64,000 nucleotides of DNA from an uncultured Candidatus Bathyarchaeia archaeon (GTDB lineage Archaea; Thermoproteota; CALKCG01; B24): contig CAYWZZ010000004.1 of the NCBI GenBank assembly GCA_964463005.1, positions 2,589 through 66,588 of the forward strand, written 5' to 3'. Shown one piece after another: positions 1 through 9,879 of this stretch. The position numbers and the translations under genes were made by a program. Within the stretch, counting starts at the first letter, position 1, and the number at the start of each line of letters is the position of its first letter. A model generated the notes under the pieces. The model did no database searches and was not told the origin of the DNA. It worked only from the letters and a program-made list of their open reading frames with translations.

Positions 1-1769
1 TCCCGGTTTATGGATCTGAAAATGGGTATAATTGGCTTATTCAGAAGTTTCCGGCTGAAAATGCAGCTGGAGGAGGGTACGTAGTCGCTTGGAAGCTCGT
101 GGAAAAAAGCTTGACGGAGGAAACGTTGTACATATCGGTACTGTCATTCAACGATTCAACAACACCCCTTGAATCCGCCCTTAAAATGATAAGTGAAGCA
201 ACAAACATGAATTTTGAAGCTTTACTAGAATCTCATCAAGAATTTTGGAGAAGCTTCTGGAGTAAATCTTTCATAGCTATTCCAGACTCAAGACTTGAAA
301 ACCTATTCTACGTTGAACTTTACAAGTTGGCATGCTGCTCTATGGGCAAATACCCATGTCCTCTTCAAGGACTGTGGCCTCAAGACGGAGTACTACCTCC
401 ATGGAGTGGAGACTACCACTTAGATATGAACGTTGAAGAAACTTACTGGCCAGTTTATGCTAGTAATCATCTCGATCTCGGTAAACCGCTCTATGAACAA
501 TCCTGGAAGAACCTACCTAAGTTTAAACAAATGTGCCGTGAATTCTTCGGCTTCGACGGCGCCTGGTCTAGGTGTGAAATGGCCCTTGACGGAACACCAA
601 TATACGGATATTGGACTACAAACTTTTGGCCTGGAAACGGTGCCTGGCTATCCCACATGTACTGGCTTCACTGGCTATATTCTCAGGACAAAGACTTCTT
701 GAAAGAAAGGGCGTATCCGATGATGAGAGAGTTTATGAAAACCTACTTAAACCTCTTAGAACTCTGGAGTGACGGACGATATCATATTCCGCTAAGCAAT
801 TCACCAGAATGGGAGGAGAATCGTCCTGAGGCATGGGGCTCTGATACGACGTGCGATTTAGCTTTCATAAGATGGCTTGCAACAAGCCTTCTAGAGACTG
901 TGAAAATATTGAACATAGAAGACCCTGATGAACCTAGATGGCGTGATATACTTGAAAAGCTTACGGATTATCCGAAGGATGAAAATGGTCTTCAGATATT
1001 TAAAGGCCAGCCTTTGACACATTCGCATAGACATCCTTCACATCTGATACCGATACATCCACTAGGCATATTGAACATAGAGGGTAGTGAAGAAGATAGA
1101 CGTATAATATACCGTTCTATAGAAACACTATTGCTTAGAGGAACTGGAGAATGGGCCGGCTGGTCATTCCCCTGGATGTCTATTATAGCGTCTAGGGTAA
1201 AAATGCCGAATATGGCTTGGCATATGCTTCAAATGTACTTCTACTTCATAAAACCAAACACGTTCCACATGAACGGAGACTATAGGCGTTTTGGCGCATG
1301 TGCATACGCATATCAAGCTATGACTTTAGAAGCTGGCTTCTGTGCAGTTGCGGCGATAATGGAGATGCTTCTGCAATCCTGGGGTGGACGTGTAAGAGTT
1401 TTCCCAGCGATTCCAGAGTTTTGGAAGGACGCATACTTTCACAAGCTTAGAGCTGAAGGAGCATTCCTAGTAACATCTAAGCTTAAAGATAGGAGAGTAG
1501 AGTACGTGATCATAGAAAGTGAAGCTGGAAACGTCTGTGAAGTCGTAAACCCATTTAATGAGGCTGAAGTTTCAGTTATAAACATGAAAACGGGTAAAGA
1601 GAGAATTTTAAGCGGGGGGATTCTAAAATTTGAAACTGAAAAGGGGGGAGCTTATTTATTGAAGCCTTCAAGTAAGCCTTTGACTGAAATAGATTTATCG
1701 TACATGTCGTTCGAGCGAGGACCTAGTGAGAAAAACTGGTTTGGAGTAAAGAAGATTCCTAGATTCTAG
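1..1769 (+). CDS. Glycoside hydrolase, GH95-like (alpha-L-fucosidase-type) catalytic domain; 5' end lies outside the window
   Basis: Frame is open from nt 3 (PVYGSENG...), so GTG at 99 is not the start. GH95-like motifs LQGLW, W.GDYH.DMN..E.YW, SPE, HRH.SHL, EMLLQS...RVFPAIP..W. Confidence 0.75.
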   Translation, partial: PVYGSENGYNWLIQKFPAENAAGGGYVVAWKLVEKSLTEETLYISVLSFNDSTTPLESALKMISEATNMNFEALLESHQEFWRSFWSKSFIAIPDSRLENLFYVELYKLACCSMGKYPCPLQGLWPQDGVLPPWSGDYHLDMNVEETYWPVYASNHLDLGKPLYEQSWKNLPKFKQMCREFFGFDGAWSRCEMALDGTPIYGYWTTNFWPGNGAWLSHMYWLHWLYSQDKDFLKERAYPMMREFMKTYLNLLELWSDGRYHIPLSNSPEWEENRPEAWGSDTTCDLAFIRWLATSLLETVKILNIEDPDEPRWRDILEKLTDYPKDENGLQIFKGQPLTHSHRHPSHLIPIHPLGILNIEGSEEDRRIIYRSIETLLLRGTGEWAGWSFPWMSIIASRVKMPNMAWHMLQMYFYFIKPNTFHMNGDYRRFGACAYAYQAMTLEAGFCAVAAIMEMLLQSWGGRVRVFPAIPEFWKDAYFHKLRAEGAFLVTSKLKDRRVEYVIIESEAGNVCEVVNPFNEAEVSVINMKTGKERILSGGILKFETEKGGAYLLKPSSKPLTEIDLSYMSFERGPSEKNWFGVKKIPRF

Positions 1770-1812
1770 ATGTCAGATAATTGAGAACATATTGGGCTTA
1801 GGGCGGTTTAAC

Positions 1813-2922
1813 ATGAAGTATAGCGATAAATACCTAGCCCTCATGGGAGGAAGACTTGGCAAACCCAAGCGTATCCCACATTGGGAGCATTGGTCTTGCC
1901 CAGATGCTGAAACCTATATCACTGGAATAGACTACTATGAGCACCCCCGCCTATGCCGACTAAAAATGGCTGAACTCCACCCTCAATTAGAGTTACCTAT
2001 CCCTGAAAGAGATGACACACTCCCCCGCCCTGAGGCTTTGATGGGTGGCCGAAGCTCCTACATCGACGAACATGGTCGCTGTCACGTCCGCTGGGGTCAT
2101 TCACTCAGCGATCATTGGAATTGGGGAGAACGCTTTAAGACACTGGAAGATGTATTCTCTTTCTCACCGTTAAAGCAGGGAGACTTCACCAATATTCCGG
2201 TAGTTGAATCCCGTGACTACCGCGACGAGGAGAAGCTCTACCGAGAGTACCGTGCTTTATATCCAGCCGAATGGGGTGATAAGGCACCTGAAGGCTCTAC
2301 TGCTTCTGTAAGTTTCTACAATACGATGTTTATGTGGCCGCTGTTGACATTCGGTTGGAGGCTTTTCCTACGGGCTTACTTAGATGAAAGGTTTGAAAGG
2401 ATTATGGAGGAGTTTGCTGAGATCAACCGGCGCGTCTTCCGCGTCTTCGCAAGACTCCCGGTAAACTTCGTCATCTGTCACGACGACATAGCTACTTCCC
2501 GCGGGCCCATACTCTCCCCCTCATGGATGAGGAAGCACATATTTCCACGCTATAAGGAATTCTGGGAGATCGTTAGAGACGCTGGAAAAGTCGTCATATT
2601 CATGTCAGACGGATGTATAGACGCGTTTGTAGACGATATCATTTCTTGTGGCGCTCAAGGTATAATAACCGAACCCTACACGAATATTCGCGCTATAGCT
2701 CGTAAATATTCCAACATATTTTTAGCTGGTGAGGGAGATTGCCGTATACTACTGCGTAACAATCCTGTTGAAATAGAGGCTATGGTTCGGAGAATGGTTG
2801 AAACGGCTAAGATAGCCGGAGGTTATGCTTTCTGTATTGGAAACCACATCCCGTGGAATACTCCGCCACAAGCTGTTAAACTCTACTTAGACCTATGTGC
2901 TGAATTGGGCCGTCTAGAGTAG
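1813..2922 (+). CDS. Uroporphyrinogen decarboxylase / MtaA-CmuA superfamily protein
   Basis: C-terminal HDD.A...GP..SP, FMSDG and GGY.F..GNHIP..TP motifs. ATG at 1813 preferred over TTG at 1792. Confidence 0.7.
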   Translation: MKYSDKYLALMGGRLGKPKRIPHWEHWSCPDAETYITGIDYYEHPRLCRLKMAELHPQLELPIPERDDTLPRPEALMGGRSSYIDEHGRCHVRWGHSLSDHWNWGERFKTLEDVFSFSPLKQGDFTNIPVVESRDYRDEEKLYREYRALYPAEWGDKAPEGSTASVSFYNTMFMWPLLTFGWRLFLRAYLDERFERIMEEFAEINRRVFRVFARLPVNFVICHDDIATSRGPILSPSWMRKHIFPRYKEFWEIVRDAGKVVIFMSDGCIDAFVDDIISCGAQGIITEPYTNIRAIARKYSNIFLAGEGDCRILLRNNPVEIEAMVRRMVETAKIAGGYAFCIGNHIPWNTPPQAVKLYLDLCAELGRLE

Positions 2923-2944
2923 ACTTTGATGCCGTTCAGCGTTC

Positions 2945-3988
2945 TCATAGATAACGCCCATATGCATGAACTGTATCAAACATCGCTAAAACGTTTTCAA
3001 CAGGCGTCTCTTCGAGAATATAGTCGTGGCTGGCACCCGCAATATACCCGCCTCCAGGCATCATTATTTCAAGGACTTCACGCGTCCTAGTTCGAACGTA
3101 ATCCGGTGTACCGAAGATTAACCATGTGGAGTCAATAGCACCGTTAAAAGCTATTTTATCTCCATACTCTTTTTTGAGCTTTCTAAGATCCATTCCCCTA
3201 CATGAAGGCTGAACTGCGTGCAACCCATCTAATCCAATCTCCACCATAGCCGGGATGAGTTCTGCAAACCCCCCACAACAGTGGAGCATGACTTTTAAAC
3301 CGTATGAGTGGCCGAGATCAACCAGCCGCTTTAGGTGGGGCAGAACAAACCGTCTGAAAGGCTTTTCACTCACCATAGGTCCATTTTTCGTTCCAAAGTC
3401 GTTGCCTATGAAGAATATGTCGATTAGATCCGTTGCTTCATCGAAGATCTTCCTGTTAACAGCTTCATAGTAGTCTACTACGTGCTCAAACACAGCGTCT
3501 ACAACTTCGGGTTCTGTACGCATTTTAATAAACATATTCTCCATACCTAAAAGCTCCATAATGTCATGCCAGAATGGAGACCAATCTCCACCCAAGATGG
3601 CATACTGATCGTAGTACTTCTTCGTCTCAGCTCTTATGGTTGAAACGTCTATCCAGTCGGGTTTAGGCCAAGGATACTCTTCTATCTCCCTAATGGAGGC
3701 ATTTGAAAGGGGATGGTTTAAAGCATAGCCGTAATAGAGACTACTCCGCTCTACTCCAAAAACTGTACGGAATTTTGCTCCAGGTATGCGTGGATTAAGG
3801 TCTGGACCTACATATCTAGCATATACGCGGCGGAAGTCGTCTCCAATCCTTCTACGCAGGCCTTCATCGTCTAAACCTAAGATACGTTTTGCTTTACTCC
3901 AAAATTCAGGTGAAGAGCCACACCATATGGGTACTCGATCAGGCTCTTCATGTTCAAAAGTTGTTAAAACACGTTCTTTAGAGTTCAT
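2945..3988 (-). CDS. UROD / methylcobamide methyltransferase (MtaA/CmuA-like) family protein
   Basis: MNSKER..T.FEHEEPDRVP N-terminus, GNDFGT, HCCG Zn-binding motif, GGGYI...SH. Confidence 0.8.
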   Translation of the reverse strand: MNSKERVLTTFEHEEPDRVPIWCGSSPEFWSKAKRILGLDDEGLRRRIGDDFRRVYARYVGPDLNPRIPGAKFRTVFGVERSSLYYGYALNHPLSNASIREIEEYPWPKPDWIDVSTIRAETKKYYDQYAILGGDWSPFWHDIMELLGMENMFIKMRTEPEVVDAVFEHVVDYYEAVNRKIFDEATDLIDIFFIGNDFGTKNGPMVSEKPFRRFVLPHLKRLVDLGHSYGLKVMLHCCGGFAELIPAMVEIGLDGLHAVQPSCRGMDLRKLKKEYGDKIAFNGAIDSTWLIFGTPDYVRTRTREVLEIMMPGGGYIAGASHDYILEETPVENVLAMFDTVHAYGRYL

Positions 3989-4098
3989 TTAGAACCAAAC
4001 CTATACTAACGTTATATCTTTTATATCTTTTTTTAACTAGTTGACCAACCTCTTTTCCTCTATTTCAAATTAAGATTAAACGTTTCCCCGTTTTTCAC

Positions 4099-5154
4099 TT
4101 ATAAGGGGTAACGTCCATATTCATAACCTACTTTATACATGGTGAGTATGTTCTCGATTGGAATTTCTGGAAGGAATACCTGGGATGGTGCTAATACGAA
4201 ACCGCCGCCTTGAGCAACGGTCTTAAAACGTTGAAGTACCTCCATCTTTACATCGTTTGTTGAGCCGAATGGTAAAGTTCTCTGAGTATCCAATGATCCA
4301 TGTATGCATATTTTATCTCCAAATTCACGTTTAATCTCTTCAACAGACATGTTGGCTGCTCTAACCTGTATTGGATCCAATCCATCTAAACCTATCTCTA
4401 TTAAGTCTGGAATTATATCCCGTATACTCCCACAGGAGTGTAGCTGAACTAGGAGCCCATACTTCTTAGCCAATTTAAACAACTTCTCTAGTCTAGGCTT
4501 GAAAAACTCTCTAAACATTTTACGGCTTAGGAATAGCCCCCTTTGAGTCCCATAATCATCACCCATGAAGAAGATATCTATGTCCTTCGCGCAGAGTTCG
4601 AATATTCTACGAGACACTTCATAGTAGAATTCTGTTATAATGTCTAGGAGCTTGTGTATAATTTCGGGGTTTGTAAACACGTAATTGAAGAACCTCTCCA
4701 TACCGGTTAAACCTAAGGCTACAAAGAATATTGGGCTCCAAGCACCACCATAGACGACGTAATCCTCAGTATATACTTCAACAAGTCTAACGATATCGTA
4801 GTAGTTTACCTTATCCGGGTCAGGCCAATTATACTTCTCTAAATCCTCTAAAGACTTTACGTTAGCCAGCGGATTAACCCTAGGTATACCCTTCCTATCG
4901 TGGACGACGCCCCACCAATCCTTATAACTTCCATCGGCATAATTTTCAACTGCACCGAGATCCCCCGCCCAGTAACAGTGTCGAAAATCTATGTGAAGCT
5001 TCTTCAAAAGCTCCTCTCTCTTCTCAACCTTCAGCTCTCCGCATAATTTCAACCAAACGCTTTCATCAGCCCAAAAATCCATTGGAACCCTATCAGGCTC
5101 TTCCAAGTAATATGCCGCTAAACCTCTCTCCTTAGAATTCATGCGATCTCTCAT
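4099..5154 (-). CDS. UROD / MtaA-CmuA-like family protein
   Basis: MNSKER...EEPDRVP, GDDYGTQ, HSCG, GGGFVLAPS. Confidence 0.8.
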   Translation of the reverse strand: MRDRMNSKERGLAAYYLEEPDRVPMDFWADESVWLKLCGELKVEKREELLKKLHIDFRHCYWAGDLGAVENYADGSYKDWWGVVHDRKGIPRVNPLANVKSLEDLEKYNWPDPDKVNYYDIVRLVEVYTEDYVVYGGAWSPIFFVALGLTGMERFFNYVFTNPEIIHKLLDIITEFYYEVSRRIFELCAKDIDIFFMGDDYGTQRGLFLSRKMFREFFKPRLEKLFKLAKKYGLLVQLHSCGSIRDIIPDLIEIGLDGLDPIQVRAANMSVEEIKREFGDKICIHGSLDTQRTLPFGSTNDVKMEVLQRFKTVAQGGGFVLAPSQVFLPEIPIENILTMYKVGYEYGRYPL

Positions 5155-5206
5155 GAGACCACCAACATAAAAACATATATACTACCTGAGAATTCAAAAA
5201 ACTTTT

Positions 5207-7258
5207 GTGGAAAGCATGAGCCAAGAATCTAAAGCCGGAAAAACGCCATACCTTATGATAATACTGACATCGATACTTCTAGGAGTTATTGGAACATTCT
5301 GGAATGCTGTTCAACCAACCCCGATGGCGTATGCCATCACGGCTCACTGGGGTCCTAGCATATGCTCTATGTGGTTTGGAGCGGCACCTTTTTGGCTTCT
5401 AATGATCGCCTTCTTTCTTTCCAAAGTAAAACCATTCCAAAAATACTTGGACTTAAAGAATTTAACAATACTGTATGCAATAGGGGCTATGGCTTACTCC
5501 TACATATCAATGCAATTTCCATGGTTCTGGTACCCAGGAATCATATACTTTGTCAGAACCGTCGACCCAGATATTTCGATGCGTCTCTGGCAGACATGGT
5601 GGGCTCCTGAACCAGACGTATGTCGACTTCTAGCTCAGGGAGGATTATCTATAGGTCAAATCCCGTGGAATGCATGGATTCCCGTCATAGTGTTCTACAC
5701 AGTGCTATTCGATTTATACGCTATTTCACTAATAGCTACAATTAATATTTTCAGGCGTTTATGGATCGATGTAGAGAGAATACCATTCCCACACGTCATG
5801 GTTGCGCACGAGCTTCTAAAAAGAATACCTACGACTTCCATAATAGCCTCGGAGTCTAAAAAAGTCAGAAAGACGTCGCCATTCCTCATAGGAGTTATTC
5901 TAGGAATATGCTTTGAACTTCCCGTAATTCTAGCGATACTTCTACCCTGGTTTCCCGATATCTTCGGCTGGCGTACTCATACATGTTTAGGCGGAACACA
6001 TGTCGTCTATGCTGGTGAAATAGCCACCCATCCCATATACTCCGCAGTAGTAGGTTTAGGTAGCTTAAATAAGAACCCTGCTACAGTAGCCGCAGCATAC
6101 TTTGCTCCGTTGGACATCTTGTTTAGTGCTTCATGCTGGTTTGTAATAATACTGATACTCGTTCAAATATGGTACTATCTAGGATACTACACCGCGTTGA
6201 TAAGCTATGGATCATGTTGCAGATCATGGGGTCCTGAATGCCCAGCACGTGCACCACCACTTAACTGGCACACCATAGAGGCTGGAGGCCTTTATATGAT
6301 AGCTATTATGGAACTATTCTGGCATAGACGTTATATCATCCAAACAATAAAGAAAGCGCTAGGAAAACCGTCAGAAATAAACGATTATGAAGAACCTGGA
6401 AGCTATAGGCTTAACTGGATCGTATTTGTAGTATCTAACGTTGCTTTAATCGGTTTATGGATGATGAATGGCTTGAGTGTTCCAATAGCTATAATTTTAA
6501 TAGCGCAAAATTGGCTTCACGCCATAGCTCAACTGATATATATCGGAAGAGTGAGCACGCCTCATGTATGGTGGGAGGGAAATACCTTCTTTAGATTCAT
6601 TTGGCCTAGTCCACCAGAACCTTGGTGGAATGTTAGTTATGAACAGTTCCACGCACATAGCTTCAGCATGGTCATGACTTCTTTAAATGAACCCACTTGC
6701 TTCCCAATATACGGCGCCGCATTCGCATACCGTATGAACAATCTCACTAAAGCAACATCCAATAGAAACCTATTCAAAACTGTAACGATAGTAGCTTTAA
6801 TAATAATACCCGTAGCTTTAATCATGCAAATAATCATATGGTCTACTTATGGATGGGCTCGCACAGCTTTCTCTCAAACCTGGGGGTTTGCTGCGTACTT
6901 TGGGCAGACAGAACCATATATTCATCCATCTAGTACGCCTCCAAACGAGTGGTGGCCATGGTTTGTTGGCGGAATGATAATAGTACTGGTATTTCAGTAT
7001 CTACGCTCTAGATTCCTCTGGTTCCCACTAGAGCCTCTGGGTTTCCTGGTGGCTAATGGATATACAACTCTTCAACGAGGATTAGCATCGACGTTCATAA
7101 TCGCATGGTTTTTAAAGTGGTTAACGCTTAAAATTGGAGGGTCAAAACTCTACGAGGATTATGGAATACCTATCGCAGCTGGTTTCATTGTCGGCTACAT
7201 GGCTATAAACTTCTTCGCAGGTTTAGTGGGCGTGTATAGGTGGTTCTTCCCATTCTAA
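5207..7258 (+). CDS. Polytopic membrane protein, putative transporter (DUF6785/DUF6784-like, OPT-related)
   Basis: Many hydrophobic segments. W.D.ER.PFP and LR.RF.WFPLEPLG, AW..K.L.LK.GG.KLY.....P.A.G motifs resemble this family. Confidence 0.6.
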   Translation: MESMSQESKAGKTPYLMIILTSILLGVIGTFWNAVQPTPMAYAITAHWGPSICSMWFGAAPFWLLMIAFFLSKVKPFQKYLDLKNLTILYAIGAMAYSYISMQFPWFWYPGIIYFVRTVDPDISMRLWQTWWAPEPDVCRLLAQGGLSIGQIPWNAWIPVIVFYTVLFDLYAISLIATINIFRRLWIDVERIPFPHVMVAHELLKRIPTTSIIASESKKVRKTSPFLIGVILGICFELPVILAILLPWFPDIFGWRTHTCLGGTHVVYAGEIATHPIYSAVVGLGSLNKNPATVAAAYFAPLDILFSASCWFVIILILVQIWYYLGYYTALISYGSCCRSWGPECPARAPPLNWHTIEAGGLYMIAIMELFWHRRYIIQTIKKALGKPSEINDYEEPGSYRLNWIVFVVSNVALIGLWMMNGLSVPIAIILIAQNWLHAIAQLIYIGRVSTPHVWWEGNTFFRFIWPSPPEPWWNVSYEQFHAHSFSMVMTSLNEPTCFPIYGAAFAYRMNNLTKATSNRNLFKTVTIVALIIIPVALIMQIIIWSTYGWARTAFSQTWGFAAYFGQTEPYIHPSSTPPNEWWPWFVGGMIIVLVFQYLRSRFLWFPLEPLGFLVANGYTTLQRGLASTFIIAWFLKWLTLKIGGSKLYEDYGIPIAAGFIVGYMAINFFAGLVGVYRWFFPF

Positions 7259-7417
7259 ATACCCCACTTTTATTTTCCTTAACATTTACCGGAATGCCGT
7301 CTTTCATATACTTGTTTAAACTAAGACAGGCGTGTTTAAAGGCTTTACAGACAACAATGGTGAGTGTAGGTTTACAGTATTAGCACCTGTGAAAGTCAAG
7401 ATGGACGGTTTTCGATC

Positions 7418-7481
7418 ATATGAATGTTTGACCCCTCCCCTCTAGTTTTCTCCATTATATTTTCTATGGATTTTCTCCATG
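7418..7481 (+). repeat. Dispersed repeat A, copy 1 (inverted relative to 61207-61265)
   Basis: tatgaatgtttgacccctcccctctagttttctccattatatttctatggattttctccat aligns by eye with the reverse complement of 61207-61265 (tatggatgttgtccctcccctagttttcaccattgtatctctatggagattttccat). Confidence 0.7.
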
Positions 7482-7520
7482 TTCTGCCCCGTTTTTCCGA
7501 AAACCTTCATAGTTCATCCA

Positions 7521-7616
7521 TTCCGGTTTAGTGTTAACCTTCACTCCTTCCGCCTCCTTTCATAGAGGGGCTTTCGGGGTTAACAGTGAAACTTACATCC
7601 ATCCGGTATTTTATCT
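7521..7616 (+). mobile_element. Dispersed repeat B, copy 1; IS200/IS605-like end remnant
   Basis: Aligns with 20766-20863 (shared tagtgtYaac, gggctttcggggtKaacagt, tattttatct). Degenerate hairpin followed by ggggctttc resembles IS200/IS605 subterminal ends. Confidence 0.55.
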
Positions 7617-7728
7617 ATGGAGGAGAGTCTACCAAATAAGTAAAGAATGAAGAGGGTAACGTCGAATTTCTTTTACTCCACTAAAGTACTCTTATAAGGG
7701 ACGTGCAATAGTTTGCAGGCTGTTCAGT

Positions 7729-8625
7729 CTAAGTTTGTGTATATGGACAATAATTTGGGAACACCGTTCTAGAGAATTCCTTAAGCATGTTTATAGATCT
7801 GTTGGGTGAGACTCTTGTCATCGAGAAGTCTAGTATCATCATATCAGCTCCAGCCTCAGAGTACTCCTTTACCCTTGAAAGCCACTCTTCTGGACTTTCA
7901 CCAATACCATCAGGGTACGTGAGCGAGGGAGCTAATAAAACCCGCCGCTCCATCTCCTTCGACATCTCAGTAATACGAGACGCTATTCTTCTAAAGTCTT
8001 CAATTGGGAGGTTTGAAGGCGGTAAAAATCCATCACCGTATTTAACTGTAGCCTTAAGTATTGCTTCAGAAGAACCGCCAAACAATATCGGCGGATGAGG
8101 CTTCTGAACGGGTTTAGGCCAGAATGGCGCCTCAACAACCCTATAGTACTTACCCTTATACGTGACCCTACCGTCTTCAGTCCAAAGCCTCAGTATCACC
8201 TCTAAGGCCTCCAACATTCTTGACAATCTTTCCTTATGCTTACCCCAGTAAACGCCATAGGATACGGCTTCCTCTTTAAACCATCCTGCACCAACACCGA
8301 AGTTAACGCGACCTCCAGAGATTATATCAACAGTAGCTACAATCTTCGCCAACCTAGCTGGCTCATAAAATGGTAGAGGTGAGACCCTAGCTCCCAATCT
8401 TATCCTCTTTGTCTGTACGGCTAATGCCGAAAGTAAAGTCCAAGCGTCAAGTTTATTCGGCTCATTCGGATCCCATCCAGTTTTCTCGTAAAACTCTCTT
8501 GGAAGGTAGAAGTGGTCTCCAACCCATAGGGAGTTGAAGCCCAATTCATCGGCTACGAGAGAAACCTTTAGAATCTCAGCATAACCGTACTCGCCGTGAG
8601 TTGGAAGATGAACGCCGAATTTCAT
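7729..8625 (-). CDS. LLM-class (luciferase-like) probable F420-dependent oxidoreductase
   Basis: GF.SLWVGDH, LAK.VATVD.ISGGR...GVGAGW, PKPVQKPHPPI. Confidence 0.85.
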   Translation of the reverse strand: MKFGVHLPTHGEYGYAEILKVSLVADELGFNSLWVGDHFYLPREFYEKTGWDPNEPNKLDAWTLLSALAVQTKRIRLGARVSPLPFYEPARLAKIVATVDIISGGRVNFGVGAGWFKEEAVSYGVYWGKHKERLSRMLEALEVILRLWTEDGRVTYKGKYYRVVEAPFWPKPVQKPHPPILFGGSSEAILKATVKYGDGFLPPSNLPIEDFRRIASRITEMSKEMERRVLLAPSLTYPDGIGESPEEWLSRVKEYSEAGADMMILDFSMTRVSPNRSINMLKEFSRTVFPNYCPYTQT

Positions 8626-8637
8626 ACGTGAAGCCCT

Positions 8638-9051
8638 CTAAGACTCTATATGTCTTACAAGTCTTTGTTCTAAGGCTCTCCTAGGCATAGCACCAACAAT
8701 TCTATCGATAAGAACCCCGTCTTTGAAAATTAGAAATGTTGGTATACTCATAACCTGATACTTTATAGGAACCATCTGATTTTCATCAACGTTCAGTTTT
8801 CCAAACAAAATTCTACCCGCATACTTCCTAGCCAATTCATCTATTATCGGAGCCATCGCTCGACATGGAGGACACCAAGGCGCCCAACAATCGATTACTA
8901 CGAGCCGACTACGCTCTATTACGTTATTGAAATTTAAATCCGTCACTTCTACGGGCTCACTTACAGGTGTAGATACTGATTCGATGTTCCTCCGTAAAAG
9001 CTCTCTAATCTTTCTCTGCTTAATTTTCTTTAACTCGTTATCTTCATCCAT
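8638..9051 (-). CDS. trxA: Thioredoxin with N-terminal helical extension
   Basis: WAPWCPPC active site, KLNVDEN, V.SIPT. Confidence 0.9.
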   Translation of the reverse strand: MDEDNELKKIKQRKIRELLRRNIESVSTPVSEPVEVTDLNFNNVIERSRLVVIDCWAPWCPPCRAMAPIIDELARKYAGRILFGKLNVDENQMVPIKYQVMSIPTFLIFKDGVLIDRIVGAMPRRALEQRLVRHIES

Positions 9052-9181
9052 ATGAATATTTCCTTCTGTAGAAACTTATAAGGATTTATAACGATAACTA
9101 TGTTTCAACAACCCCACCATTCCAATTAAGGAGGGAGTTAAAAAGATTATAGGTTAAAGATTCATCAGAAAAAAGTTTAGC

Positions 9182-9250
9182 CTACTTGCCGCATGTAGGC
9201 TTAGATTCTTCCTTCTTTTCAGCTTTCTTCTTAGTCTTCTTACAGGACAA
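9182..9250 (-). CDS. Putative 22-aa micro-protein MSCKKTKKKAEKKEESKPTCGK
   Basis: TTG start preceded by GGGTG SD-like motif. Upstream BRE/TATA-like aaaaatacttttaag. Hairpin agcctac/gtaggct over the stop followed by a T-tract. Confidence 0.5.
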   Translation of the reverse strand: MSCKKTKKKAEKKEESKPTCGK

Positions 9251-9354
9251 TTCCACACCCTTAGAGATTTTTGGAATGTTCTCTTAAAAGTATTTTTATC
9301 GTGAGAAAGTAAAGACTATCCAAGAGAGCAATTTAACGTTAAAGGATATCTACA

Positions 9355-9603
9355 AGCTTGTGCTTACCGAAGGCATAATTTATACCATTCACCACGATGT
9401 ACTGGGAGAACTTTCCAGCTGAAAAGAGAGGTAGACTTCAAAGGATAAGCGGTCTATTAGACTTCATAGGATCGTTTGCATCTATAATTAGAGGATTTTT
9501 CTAGCAGGCTGGATATATGGAGTTGGTTTTTACTTCTGCCGATGCTCATAGACGTCATAATTCTAATTCCAACATTTTCAACTATTCCGGGAAGTTTAGG
9601 TAA
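9355..9603 (+). pseudogene. C-terminal remnant of an MFS-type transporter
   Basis: Fragments FIPFTTMYWENFPAEKRGRLQRISGLLDFIGSFASII*QAGYMELV / LLPMLIDVIILIPTF with an in-frame stop and frameshifts. P.EKRGR is a typical MFS loop. Confidence 0.5.
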
Positions 9604-9669
9604 AGGGATTTAGATAGAAGTCTCCTATAAACAATGTAAAAGTTTAAAGTTATAGTAAATGTTTGAGTT

Positions 9670-9879
9670 TTAAAACGTTTTGAACTCAGACTTCCTACTT
9701 TTAAGCCTTTTAAGGTATTCAGAGGCTTCTCTGACGTTTTGAAATCTAGCTATGATTCTTGAGGGTGTTAAGTGGACAACCGTACTACAGTATGGACATC
9801 TAGCAGACCTGCTTGAAGAGGTTAGAGAAAGACGGCCACATTCAGGGCACCTATATATCTTAAACTGCCTCCTACTCAT
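9670..9879 (-). CDS. Small zinc-ribbon protein (DUF1922-like)
   Basis: RCPECG...ARCPYC, 69 aa, ATGA overlap with the upstream kinase. Confidence 0.65.
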   Translation of the reverse strand: MSRRQFKIYRCPECGRLSLTSSSRSARCPYCSTVVHLTPSRIIARFQNVREASEYLKRLKSRKSEFKTF

